From: Mizuhopecten yessoensis
Lineage: Eukaryota
NCBI RefSeq assembly: GCF_002113885.1
Contig: NW_018408915.1
Span: 1,093,396 to 1,157,395, forward strand
Length of the DNA stretch: 64,000 nucleotides
Reading direction: 5' to 3'
The notes under the pieces were generated by a model. That model was not told the DNA's origin. It ran no database searches and saw only the letters and a list, made by a program, of their open reading frames with translations. Positions within the stretch are counted from its first letter, which is position 1, and each line of letters starts with the position of its first letter. The position numbers and the translations under genes are program-made. Below are positions 39,401 to 52,689 of the stretch, piece after piece.

Positions 39401-41106
39401 AGAACCAATGGCCCAGGGGTACTGAAATTTACAATTTAAATAAAGCCCCTGATGATATTTCCATCCATGCAGAGAAATTGACTGTAGTACCTCCGAGTCT
39501 GGAGAATAAGATTTTTGAAATAGTTTAATTTTCCCTTTGGGGCCCCACCCAGGCCCCTGGGGTTGGGGTAGGTATCCCAATTTTACAATTTTGTAGCCTC
39601 ATCTACTGGTTCTTGAGAAGAAGTCAAAAATGTAAAAAGTTTTACGCATGACGACGGACGGAAAGCGATCAGAATAAAAAAATACTCACCAGGTTGCGGT
39701 ACCTTCCTCATGACATTTTTGTAAACATCTCCAATATTATCAGACTCTCCCGATGTGGACATAACCTCATTGACTTCTGAAAGCAGTAAACAGGAAAAGC
39801 TCCTGATTTAGAAGTCGATCACCATAGGACTGTAATTTATATCAAACGGTCTCTGCATGTGCAAATATAAATCAATGAAGTGTTGTACATTTTATGTACA
39901 AGTAAGAATTTTTTTAAGCAAGATTTTTTTTTAAATAATTTCCATAATTTGTTTTAATATAATCATTTTAAAAAAAACTACAGTGAAACCATGGTGACAA
40001 TTACATTATATTATGTAGTATATTAAATTGCTATTACATATGAATGTTGTATTTAATGCTGATAATTGTGCAATGTTTATGTTAATATCTTGACATGTTT
40101 TTTTTCTCCATCAGATAGGATGATGGCACTTGTAAACCACATCTCACGACACTGCATTAACCCTTTCACCACTGTAGACCATAATGGACTCATCCAGATC
40201 AATGAATGGTAGAGTCTACTAAAGTTCGTAGGGGTGAAAGGGTTAAACCTCTAACTATTGTACAAACTGACACTATATCTCCGTCTATCATTAACACCAA
40301 TGATATACTATGATATTATAGTGTAGTAAGACGGAGAATAGTGATAAAGATAGTGCCGTCACTGGGGCTTGAACCTGCGACCCTTGGCTCTCCAGACCGA
40401 TGCTCTGACGCTGAGCTCAAGGAAAATTCCCTACAGCTGAAGCGTGTAAGGCAACCTAATCAATGCACATCTTTTACACTATTCCCCCCTTTTTCAAACA
40501 CCAATCCAGGTTCTTTGACTCCCTGCAAAGGATTCTCCTACCTTGAACAGGGAGGGTCAACGGCACCAATATGTATAGTAAGACGAGGAATAGAGATAAA
40601 GATAGTGCCGTCGCTGGGGCTCGAACCCGCAACCCTTGGCTCTCCAGCCCGATGCTCTACCGCTAAGCAAAAGGGAAATTCCCTACAGCTGAGGCTTGTA
40701 AGGCAACCTAATCAATACACATCTTTTACACATTGACAGACAAGACAAGTGCCTACATGAGAGCAAGACATGTACACATGATATATCAAAGGATGGACTT
40801 CACTTGTATAAGTCACAGACACACAGCTACAACGGAACAACTCCTATATGTACGAATTAAGTCAATATCATGCAGCCTGTTAATGCTTTCAAATCTGTAT
40901 GAATTAAGTCAGCTCATGGAAAAGGTGACAAAATTCATGAAAATAAGAACACTTATCCACAATTTAATATAAATAACTTTTGAAGTACTTTTCTATAACT
41001 TTAATCCCTTACGTGTTGAGAATAACTTGCGAACACATTGTACCGTACGTATACAGTAGAAATGTGGCCATTTGCCTGGAATCCTAAGGATATGTGTGGG
41101 ATTCAT
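27416..41106 (-). CDS. Flavin-reductase-like domain fused to an uncharacterised C-terminal domain, 341 aa, putatively mitochondrial; exons 41106-41013, 39776-39690, 37330-37201, 36185-36122, 34091-34008, 33338-33187, 32477-32328, 28968-28929, 28501-28314, 27452-27416
   Basis: All ten exons have GT-AG sites and matching phases (1026 nt). Motifs MRKVPQPVVVVST..RGITCTSFNSVSFNPP..FAVHVL..GLPLI..LEC..VGDH (Flavin_Reduct fold), then FEDATLP..WTHEAHLRMAW..YHETIT..YYS..AR.KFVTPD. Confidence 0.88.
27802..27903. mobile_element. 102-bp hairpin MITE with 9-bp TSD
   Basis: Perfect 43-bp TIRs (27802-27844 / 27861-27903), 16-nt loop, TSD TCGGTAGTA at 27793-27801 and 27904-27912. Confidence 0.92.
29163..29462. 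repeat. 25-bp minisatellite x12
   Basis: Unit GCCTACATAGGTTAGCCTTCTTAC(A/G), nearly homogeneous. Confidence 0.97.
29641..31550 (-). mobile_element. HINE-like element with two internal satellite arrays
   Basis: End AACAAG + hairpin + GCTCACCTG; other end (GGAC)n microsatellite + AGCTCACC..GGTGAGCTAA palindrome; arrays at ~29760-30510 and ~30520-31445 (~155-163 bp units). Confidence 0.85.
33462..33552. mobile_element. ~90-bp TTAA-flanked MITE (piggyBac-like)
   Basis: TTAACTCATTCA..TAAATGAATTAA; related copy at 34147-34237. Confidence 0.6.
34147..34237. mobile_element. ~90-bp TTAA-flanked MITE (piggyBac-like)
   Basis: TTAACTCATTTACCCCTGAA / TTCAGGGGTGAATGAGTTAA inverted termini. Confidence 0.75.
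34455..35530 (-). mobile_element. HINE-like element with ~130-bp internal tandem repeats
   Basis: AACAAG + hairpin AGATCCC..GGGATCT + GCCCACC; other end CCCATCTGATGATGGTGGGC; repeated TTTGAGAAAGA..CAAGATGGC units. Confidence 0.8.
36530..36770 (-). mobile_element. tRNA-derived SINE
   Basis: Minus strand box A/B GTCTAGTGGTAGAACG..GGTTCAAGTC, followed by a CTTTGAGCAAGATACTTTACC core-like block. Confidence 0.65.
36930..37117 (-). mobile_element. HINE terminal fragment related to 29641-31550
   Basis: GAAGAAG..GGACGACG..ATAAGCTCAC..GGTGAGCTAA end motif. Confidence 0.65.
37399..37768. mobile_element. hAT-type MITE with 8-bp TSD
   Basis: TIR TAGTGATGGGC / GCCCATCACTG, TSD CTTGATAC on both sides, subterminal AATCGAT repeats. 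Confidence 0.85.
38579..39680 (-). mobile_element. HINE-like element with ~320-bp internal repeats
   Basis: AGGCCC-AA-GGGCCT hairpin + GTCACCTGAG at one end, GACGACGGACGG at the other; three internal repeat units. Confidence 0.7.
40157..40246. mobile_element. piggyBac-like MITE (TTAA-CCC..GGG-TTAA)
   Basis: TTAACCCTTTCACC / GGTGAAAGGGTTAA; inverted copy at 43977-44067. Confidence 0.8.
40320..40732 (-). mobile_element. TRIM (miniature LTR element) with tRNA-derived LTRs
   Basis: Two ~161-bp direct repeats (40320-40480, 40572-40732), each with box A/B on the minus strand; ~90-bp internal part with PBS-like TGGTGCCGTTGACC and PPT AAAAAGGGGGGAA on the minus strand. Confidence 0.8.
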
Positions 41107-42082
41107 GTCCGAGTTTCCTTATGTTCCTGGTAGGTGTTAACAGCTGATAACGTACTATCTGAAAGGAAAAGACTCATTAAAAATGAATGGCATCAAGAAA
41201 ATTCAATGTATAATCTCACACAGGTGTGTTGAGCTAGAGTAACTCGACGCTTATAAATAATTCTTCCACCTCATTGAAATATCATATTCCAACTATTAGG
41301 GTTTGAGCCACTGTGCTGGGACATGCATGTATGTTAAAGTGGTATGATAATCACAAACCAAGGTGTTGTGCTTTGATCAGATTTGTCCGCTCAAACTGAC
41401 CATAATCGCAGGTCTATAACAGGTGATCTGACAGATCAGAATTTTTGAGCCTGCGATTATGGTCAGTGCATGATGATCAGATATGATCATTGAGATTATA
41501 AGTCAGAAGACTGAAAAGGTCTTAATATGGTTTTTTTTCGATAACAGTATAATATTATAATGTAGAACATAATTGTTGAAATAGGATTTAGAAACAAAGT
41601 TTCATAACTTGTATATCCATCTCACAAGGTCCTAAACGATATTGAACTGACTCATTGTAACAGAAGATGCTATTTCCATTTACGTCAAATATCTTAAATT
41701 ACAATCAATGGACTGGACTTACACTTCCAGACCTTGAAGTTGAACACTTCCAGACAGTGCCTTCCAAATTCAAGTAACACCGTTAGATACTACTAACACA
41801 TAGTAAACGCTGTCGTATGTATCGCATGCAATTTATGGAGGGATTTCCTCAAAGGTAAATCTACGCATGGTATATAATTTAGAGAAGTAGTTTCGAAACC
41901 GACAGTTTCGAATTTTATTATTTTGCCTCTACTGTGACAAAGAACAGGAAGAAATATATATTTATTCAAGCACTAAGAAAGAAAAGATCTCCAATTATGC
42001 TATTAATATAGAAAATACCACAGTGGACATGAAAAGCAAATAGATAATGTCAAATAATTTCGATTTCTAAAGTAAGAAAAAC

Positions 42083-43588
<1,506 letters not shown>

Positions 43589-43976
43589 ATAAGTTTTTAA
43601 TGTGTTAAGCAGTAATAAATTATTCAAAGCCAAATTTATTGTTTATATCTTTGTAGTACATATTGTTTTGTCTTTGGATCAGATTTCTTTTGAAAAAAAG
43701 GAAACACACCACAATTTGGCTATATATATATCTTATTATTGCAGCGCGAATATAGTGATTTTTAACATGAACATGTATTAACGCAGAATGAATGAATCAC
43801 CGGTAAATCTACAAAAAAATGAGATTAAAGTTGGTTGCGTAATAAAAAACACTTATTGGGGTAATTATGGTAATTAACGAGTCCCGGGATATTGTGACGT
43901 CACAGGGGACCCTGTCGAAGAAAAGTAACATGGTTGACAGGATTCTCCGATAGCGAACACGAAAAACATTGCACAT

Positions 43977-44067
43977 TTAACACTTTCACCCCTATGTAAC
44001 TTTAGCAGACTCTACCATACATTGATCTGGATGAGTCCATTATGGTCTACAGCGGTGAAAGGGTTAA
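43977..44067. mobile_element. piggyBac-like MITE, inverted copy of 40157-40246
   Basis: Reverse-complement match (TGATCTGGATGAGTCCATTATGGTCTACAG), TTAA ends. Confidence 0.8.
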
Positions 44068-45866
44068 AGACAAAATCTAAAACTAAATTATCCATATGCT
44101 TATTCATTTTGACAACAGCGGTGAAAGGGTTAATGTTCAGAAGACGATGACAGCAAAAACATTTTGCAACTGGATGTTCTTGACATATCTGAGCCCAGTT
44201 TGTATTTGCTTGTAAAGGGACTATTTCCAGCTATGTTAAAATAACATAAGAGCGCCAGCCCCCTCATAACTTTCGTTTCAGAAGTTCTACGAGATTTATG
44301 CTGCTGTATTAACTTTTTTCAATCCCTTATACATCTGAAGTTATTACTTTTAGTCCCTCCTCTAATTATTTAGATGATTAATTAACCTAATTACAGCATG
44401 GGGTCGAAAAATGGAGTATCAGCCTATAAGTATTTTTCTAATGTAAACTACAGGATTCTTCATCCTTATTATTCATGAATACGAAAAATTTCATATTATA
44501 AAGAGGTGGTGTTATTTCAAATATGCATGCAAACATTCAGTCATAAAAATGTGGTTGAAATTATTCATTTCGCACAACGAAGTACATGTACCCTGAGTAC
44601 CCAAAAAGGTGAGGGTCTATGTCTGAGTTTTGTTTTAACATTGGTTTTAAGGGATATTTCATACTCATTTGTTAATATTCATCTCATAAGAGTAAATTAT
44701 CGGAGAAGAAAAAAATCCACAATATAAATGGCTTTTGGATATTATATACTGACTAAAAGTGGCAAAGATTGCTCAGATGCAGATGCTAGTACTGTATTTG
44801 TCCGAAGTGCTACATAAGGTATCTCCAAAAAAGAAAATCTGAAACAAAACGTTTGAAAGATTAAACTACTAGTAGTTTTCCCGCCTTAACAAATATGGAC
44901 CTGTTTTACGGGTCCTGTTCGCATAAAATGTCTTTGTTTTAACAATTTTAATTCGAAGGGAAACAAATTCACACCTCTGCCAAAACATGCCAAGCACCAG
45001 TTAATTTTCAAACACATATTTTGGTGTTATACGTCATCACGTGTATGCTCATTTCATCTTATTTGCAATGACCTGAACCCATGTTCACAGGTTATCCTAC
45101 GAGGAAGAGAGCCTTTGAATTCTCAATTATTAAGTAGGTCGTCTGAAATAATTGATGCTCTTTTAGAATTGTCGTACATCTTATCAAGGAATCAATCAGA
45201 CTTCACATTCTCAATGGTTCTTTCTTGGATGACCCTGGTTGCACACCTTGGACATGTTGGTCCAAACAGGGATGTGTAGTGGAGGGATACGCAACTTCCT
45301 CTTTGCCTTAGTAAATATGTTCCGAGTGAGGTTGGCTTATCTCCCTTGATCGGTGTTCTATGATACGAGCGCCCCTTAGCGGACAAGTTATGGCTTCATC
45401 AGAGCGTGGTTGAAGCGTGAAATTGGTGTGTAAACAAACCAATACTAATGAGTATTACTACATTTTTTGTTTAGCTTGTTGTAGGTTGTTTATGTTACAT
45501 CTGGTGGAAGTAATAGATGGTGTCACAGGACCCGATGTATTGATTTATTGCCATATATTTTCATTTTCTGTGACAGTGTTCAACGTCAACCGGATGTTAT
45601 TTTTTGAGATTCGAGATTTTGTTTTGCTTACCCAACAAAGTTGTGTTTCTAATTCCTCCTCAACGGAATGGTTTACATTAGAATGAAGTATATCTATGGA
45701 AAGTTTAATTAATTCAATTTTGTATGGGGTAATCTTATGGCGATGAGTTATTATTAAATTGTGTTATTTTTGTTTCAAAAAGAGCTCATGTTTGTATCAC
45801 TTTGCATCGGAAATGGCGTCATTTTCAGTGAAACCATGTTGTCATCTCGCTGTTTAGATCAAATTT

Positions 45867-47058
45867 TCTTCTTCTTCTTCTTTATACGAGGGCTCCATCA
45901 GTTTGATGATTATGCCATCGGGGGTCCTATTGTAGAGGCGTGAAGGGGTTATTTTTAGTGATTAGGGGTGTTTTTTGTTTTTTTTTGTGATTTTTTTTTG
46001 TGCAAGGTCTAGATAAAAAGTTAAAATCTGGTGTATGTACTAGTGTGTGATGAGGGCTTCAAGGGCTGTGTAGGGTAAGTGTGCCTTGAAGTCCTCTAGT
46101 GTTGTGCATTGGACTGCTGCTAAGGGGAGGAGATTCCATTGTGTTACTGTGTGTGGGAAGAATGAGTATTTGTAGGTGTCCTTTGTAGCAGATATGTGTT
46201 TGTATGCGTACGGGTGTACCTGTCTGGTGCGGGGGTCTACAGGTGTGAGTATATGTGTTGGGTTTAAAGCTACGATTCTGTGTATAATTTTGTAAAAAAG
46301 GATAATTCTAGTGTATAAGCGTCGTGTTTGTAGTGTTGGCAATTGAAGTGTGTGGGTCATGTCTGTTACGGAACTAGTGTTGTGGTATCTGTTTTGTACG
46401 TAGCGTGCTGCTCTTCGTTGTGTTTTTTCTATTTGTTTAATTTGGTTTGTGTTGTGTGGATCCCAAATGGAAGAGCAGTATTCAAGTTTAGGCCTAACTA
46501 GTGCTTTGTATGCATGTTCTTTTATATGTGGTGAGTTTATTTTCAGGTTGCGTTTGAGAAAACCTAGGGACCTATTGGCATTGGCTGTGATATTGTTTAT
46601 GTGTTTGTCCCATCGTAGGTTGTTTTGTAGTGTTAGTCCTAAGTATTTGCTTGTTTCTACTTTGTGTAATGTGTGGTTGTGGAGTTTGTAATCATGGTGT
46701 ATTTTGTTGCGTTTCGGTGTAATGTTAAGTATGTTACATTTGTCGGGGTGAAATTGCATTAACCAGTCTGTCTCCCATTGTCCTGCTGCATCGAGGTCGT
46801 GTTGTAGTTTTAATGTGTCTTCTTTGTTGTTTATTGTCTTGTATATTATGCTGTCATCTGCAAATAATCTAAGTGTGCTGTATTTCATATATTCGTGGAA
46901 GTCATTTATGTAGATGAGGAAGAGGATGGGGCCCAAACAGGTTCCTTGAGGGACCCCAGAGGTTACTTGTATTTTGTCTGATTGTTTGCCCTCAAGTACT
47001 ACTGTTTGGGTGCGAAATGAAAGAAAGTCTGTAATCCATGCGTGTGTGTTCCAATAAA
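45867..47058 (-). mobile_element. 5'-truncated, young CR1/L2-group LINE (ORF 46040-47074) with (GAA)n tail
   Basis: Uninterrupted RT C-terminal half: SGVPQGTCLGP..YINDF..LFADDS..KYLG..YKALVRPKLEY..FFP; 3' UTR ends in (GAA)n at 45867-45882. Confidence 0.9.
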
Positions 47059-47598
47059 TTCCACAATTTTTCAAACAACGGATATCAATAAAAAGATGAG
47101 TAATTTTTGTATTGTGTAGACCCGAGTTTATTTGTCCTCCGTCAGTATTTTTGTTTTTATTGGTCAGGAACTGCCCGCTATGTTACGAACTTTTTTGTAA
47201 ACATTTGAAAATTATGGGCGAAAAAAATCTCATTACCACCCATTTTGTGTTTCAAATTTCTTCCAAAGTATTTAATCAAGCTTTTCAAAATTAACGGCAA
47301 TGTAAAGCTTAATTCATATTATTTTGTAAGGGAGTAGTCTTATGGCGGCGAGTTATTATTAATTTGTGTTATTTTTATTTCGAAAAGAGCTACTGTAATA
47401 TGTTTGTATCACTTTGCATTTGTCATTTTCAGTAAAACCATGTTGGCATCTCTAGATCAATTTTTCTTACAATAGGCCTATATTCCACCATTTTTCAAAC
47501 GTAGGATATCAATAAATTAAAAAGATGAGTAATTTTTGCAGGTGTTATTTGTGGTATGTCAGTTTTTTTGTTTTTATTGGTCTGGAAACTGACCACTA

Positions 47599-48643
47599 CA
47601 GTACTGTGGCGGTACCCAATCCGGGACGGTACCCAATCCGGGACACTTGTGGGAAAGGGTCTAATGAAAATGGCACGTAATACAAACAAGCAAATTTATT
47701 TTTGTATGTTTTATTTAATGATACTCTGAACTGTATGCCGACTTATTTGACTGCCGAAACTGCGCGATTACATGGGTGTACAATTTAATATATTGAGTAC
47801 TAGTCCACTACACATCCCTGTCAAAATCGTCGTCTGAAATGTCCGACTCATTATATTCTGTAAACTCTCCAAGCAAGTGTTCTAAATCTATGTCATCATC
47901 CCAAGACAGAAAATCAGACGTTGACATGCTGTGTGATTCATGATGAGACAATTTTAAAAGCGCTGAAGTATCCGATCGTGAAATGCTATGAACCGACTCC
48001 CTCAGGGTCCAAACCAAAATATAGCCCAAACTCAAGATACACACGATAATATTTCCCGATACAACTACTGTACAGCTAGATATGGTGGCAAAGATAACAT
48101 TTCTCCTGTAATAAAATGAAGACTTACTAATACACAGCCCAGTAAACTTGGATAACCGCAATGAAAACACTTCGATCAGCGATGTGTTGACATGACACCG
48201 GAAGCAAATGCGAGTATAACCTGACACAAGTGCGCAAGCGCAGACCGGCCAGAGTAGACCCTCGATGACTTCACGGTCCAGTGAACAAACACAAAAGCGA
48301 CGATAAGTGTTCGCCACTAGACTCTGAGTTGCAAATCCCTCCACTACACATCCTTGGTCCAAAGCACAGTTTTTAAAAATCCATTCGTACTTGGTCCAAT
48401 TTATTTCTTCTTCGGTATATACCAAAACTACACAAAATGCTCTTTTACTACATTTGGTGAAGATGAAACCTGATATCTCTTGGAATCAGTGATCCGCTTT
48501 TTTGGCATTGTCCTTGTCCTTGTCTAGTACATGTATTTTAAAAACCTTTCATTCTATAGTACAAACATTGAATAAATCTATAGTTCCAGTGTTCCTTGGT
48601 TCTGACCATTTGAGTAGGGACCAGATACTTGCACACACTACTG
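47599..48643. mobile_element. Possible non-autonomous DNA transposon (TA-flanked)
   Basis: TA-CAGTACTGTG ... CACACTACTG-TA (9/10 inverted match); internal sequence is GC-richer than the flanks. Confidence 0.3.
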
Positions 48644-49819
48644 TATTCTCAGAAACATTCTTTGGAGACAGAGTAACTGCCATACCATATGGTATATATA
48701 TTTATATTTAAAAATAAAGTGCTGACCATGAGCTTCAGAGAAACCTCTACTTCGTTACAAAACCAGGTCTCTTCAAGAGAGCAAAGTCAGAATTCGTAAG
48801 GATGGATGCATCCTCACTCACCTTTCAAGAGCTCAATTTGGAATATTTGAAGACTATATCAGAGAACATCTTAATGATGATTGAGATTGATTATGAAATA
48901 TGGGTCAAGACCTCATCCCTTGTCAGATTCGTTCCAGACACGACTTAATATAATGTTTTGATTCAGTACAGCACGACATCAAATTTTATCGCACCTCGGA
49001 CAAAAATGTCCAAAAACCATTGGTTTAGAGCTGTCACGTGGTGACCCTCTAATTTTCTATAGAGGGTCAGTAGGATTCCATTATAGGGCGATTTGGCCGC
49101 CCATTGCTCACCGCTTCAAAACTAAAATCTCACAATTAACAAATGAGAAAATGTTAACAGTCTGTGTGATATCTTGTTCCAAGGACAAAAAACCTGTTAC
49201 ATGTTATGTTTTTGTTATATAATTTATTTTATTTCCATTTATCAAAGTTGATTAAATTTGTTAAATATTCATATTGTTTTGTTATGCATTACATCATTTT
49301 CATTTTCAGCAAAAAGGGTCCTCGATGCGGAAAATGTCATTGCGTTTGATGGTCTCTGGCTTTTGATTAATCTGTAAATATCTGATAACTCACCATAGCA
49401 AGGATTTCATAAATGTATACTGAAGCATATGATCCCTAGTTTTGGTTGCATCATAAATGATCCTTCAATGTATTGTTAGTTTGACATTCGTCTTGTGGGG
49501 GAAAAAACCCCGATTTGTTTCGATGTTATGCTTCTACAAAAAACGAACCAAGTGCTCATTTGAATTTTTATGGGTGTTTTTGTTGTGATAAGGTTTAGGT
49601 CTACACCTCATCAAAAGGAAATTGGAATTAAAGGAGGGGCCATTTCCTTGAAAAGGAAGTGCTACGTCCTTTGGATATTAACATTACAGTAAAATATAAG
49701 CTTAAATCACAATTTAGCGCGCGTTATAACGTTGTGTTCCTTATCCCATTTCAAGAACCTCTTATTAAGCACTCATGTAAATAATTAACGAACACAACCG
49801 GCAAGTTGATGTAAAACAC

Positions 49820-50280
49820 TTTTAGCCCACAATCATCTGATGATGGGCTATTCGAATCACCCTTCGTTCGATCGTGGTCCGTGGTCCGTCCTTAACCAAT
49901 TCTTGTTATCGTTAGTGCTCAGAAAGTGCTGAAGATATCTTCCTCAAATTTTATACGTCGGTTCGCATTGCTCTGTAGTGGTGCATGCTTACTTTGAAGA
50001 CTGATCTGATAAACATAATGGCCGATATGTAGCCATCTTAGATTTTACCAGTTAATATTAGTTATCGCTATTTCTCAGGAAGAATTGAAGGTATGTAGGT
50101 TCCCCTTGGTCTCTAGTTTTGCTTAAATACTTTTCAGACTAATCGAATAAACCAAATGGCCGACAGGCAGCCATCTGGGACTTTGAAAGTGACTGTTATG
50201 GCTAATTCTCAGAAATTGCTTGAGGGATCTTTCTCAAATTCGATATGAAGGTTCCCCTTTGTCCTTGGTTGTACACGTTT
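49820..50280 (+). mobile_element. HINE-like fragment, same family as 34455-35530
   Basis: TTTAGCCCAC..TCATCTGATGATGGGCT end palindrome, GTCC microsatellite, and reverse-complement copies of the 130-bp unit. Confidence 0.7.
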
Positions 50281-52689
50281 TATTTTTTGAGAGATCTTTG
50301 GAGATTTTCTTCTATATACAGCAGTATGCAGATGAGATCAAAAGTTACCGCAAGGTGTATTTTCTGTTTAAATGACTCGATCTAACAGATAAGAGAAAAG
50401 ATCGAATTGATATAGAACTAATAAAGATGGAACGATGGTGAGCGCCAAGATCCCTATGGGATCTCTTGTTAATTATAAATATCACAAGCGACACATTGTT
50501 TGTGAATTGGAACAATACAACCTTTTGACAATGTCTCCGGGAACAAAAGCAGATAGGAACGTAGGATTCAAATATATTCGTAACGCGCATAGATAACTCA
50601 CTCCGACAGTCAATGAAAATATCATTTAGAATGTTATCCTCAATACAACTTCTGGGCGTGTATTCATAAAAATCGTTCTCTTTCTCAAATTCGGTTCGGT
50701 GCTCAAGCCAAGTTTCTTGTTCCCGTGATATATATAGTGATATATATATGGGGTCAAGAAGTAATTCCAACAGTGTGGACAAGTTTAGGTTGTCAAATTT
50801 TCGGAGCGATCCGCTCCTTTATCAAGACACAGTGAAACAGAACAGTTATGTGTACATATATATATGTGATATATATTATATAATATAACAAATAACCTTT
50901 TGTCATTGGAAGAAATTTCGAGAGATTGTTTTCAATGTTTACACTTGACTTTTTTGACAGTGTTGCTATATAGCTTTGGCACATAATTCAATTTGAGTCG
51001 TTAGGAAAAAACACCAAAAAACACTGTAAAATATACGTTCACCAAGTGGTAAACAAAAAATTTAAGGATCCCTGTCCATTTCAACCTTTCCTAAAGTTTG
51101 TTTGAGATATAACTATGGCACAGTTGGGCAAGGAAGGACCTTTCCATTGATCATTTAGCTCAGTCGATTACAGCGATAGTGTAACAATCCGAGGTCCTGG
51201 GTTCGAATCTCGGTCTAGCCTCGTTGGTTATTTTTTACACACAGAACACTGTGGTTTAATTATATTTTGTTAAGTTGATCTCTATTATTTTTCATAGAAG
51301 TTCCGCAATGGCTGATTGTATAAATGATTTATCAACGCTATAGTCATGTCGGCAAAATCTGTTTCTGTAGTTACACAGTTACTATAAAGCTGAGTTAAAG
51401 CTGAACAAAACATCAATAACAATTAGGTTGGTTGTAAAATACATGTTTTATTGCAAATATCAATTAAATATACATAAACATATTATCAAAGGTACAGAAA
51501 TTGCATCGAACAAACTGTTTATAGTTTTGTACGTCATAAAATTTGTCACGTATTAGTTTAAAATCGACGCGTTTAATCATAAAATGTTTTACCGTAAAAT
51601 GTAATCGTGTGTGATGTTACAGGTAAGACCTATCCGTAGTCACGAGAGGACCGGCTTTAGTCCTTCAAAACGGAGAATGTTCCACGGTGTTAATTTTCCG
51701 TAGAATTATTAAGGGTTTCTTATCAATCTAGTCAATTGAAACTCTTTAATATAGTTGCAAAACTTCACCAATATGGCGACCAAATTAAATTCAGCTTAAA
51801 AGAAATCTGAGATAGAAGAAGAATAAAATATACACAGCGAGTAAGAAATTTCGATGTAGACTATATATTTAACGTGGAAGATTAAAATAGATCAATCGGT
51901 TTTACAAAGAAACGACATCACGATAGCGTTATCAGGTTAGTGTTGATAATGACACAATGTGGAAAGGTTACGTGAAATATCATACAAAATATTTTAAATA
52001 ATGAAGAAAAAAATCAAATTTGAAAGTCATTTTTTGTTGTATTTAAATTTTCGTTTTAATTCCTTTTTAAAGCTATATGAGAAACATTTGCATACAACAT
52101 GTATATGCATGTACGTATACGCCTGTCGTTGTATTAAGATACATGGATCATTACTATTTTTGATACTTTAAGTGAATTAACTTAGAAAACAAACACTTAC
52201 TTTTAGAGAAAAATGAAAAGAAACTCCAATGACTCTAGACTTCTTTACAAAAGCAGGATTAAAATATAAATGGAAATTTCTTGTACTGTTTTACGGTCTT
52301 CCGAACATTTTTAGACGGTTATAACTAAACAACTCTAACATAATAGACGTTCACAAAAAAATGGTACACAGATATTAAACTATCAGATTAAAAATGTTAA
52401 AAGGAAAACATCCACAGCAAACGAACAAGTTGCAAAACATGGTATCATATATGTTTGGTTCGAACACAAACATTAATTTAAAACTTAATTTGCGAGCTTT
52501 CGAAAACATGTTTCCTTTGTAAAGCGCTCTTTACTTTTGCTTGACAAACAGTTAACAGACTGTTTGTGTTAACACAAATCTTAGCATTGCTCATTCATAC
52601 CAAACCCTTTAGACCTCATTCCGAATGATGTTATATCTTTTTGTACAGTTGGATTGAATAAAATAATAAAAAATGTTTTTATAGCCCGG

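Noticed and set aside
40341-40736. 131-aa ORF with internal repeat
   Set aside because: Antisense reading of the two tRNA-derived LTRs.
47808-48425. 205-aa minus-strand ORF
   Set aside because: No ATG start and no recognisable domain; only the acidic tail looks protein-like and it probably derives from a transposon.
49836-49850. Hammerhead ribozyme core (CTGATGA), also at ~35512
   Set aside because: Lies in the terminal palindrome of a HINE and no properly placed GAAA or stems were found.
51155-51220. tRNA gene
   Set aside because: Box A/B are present but I cannot build a complete acceptor stem or see a clear terminator; more likely a SINE head.
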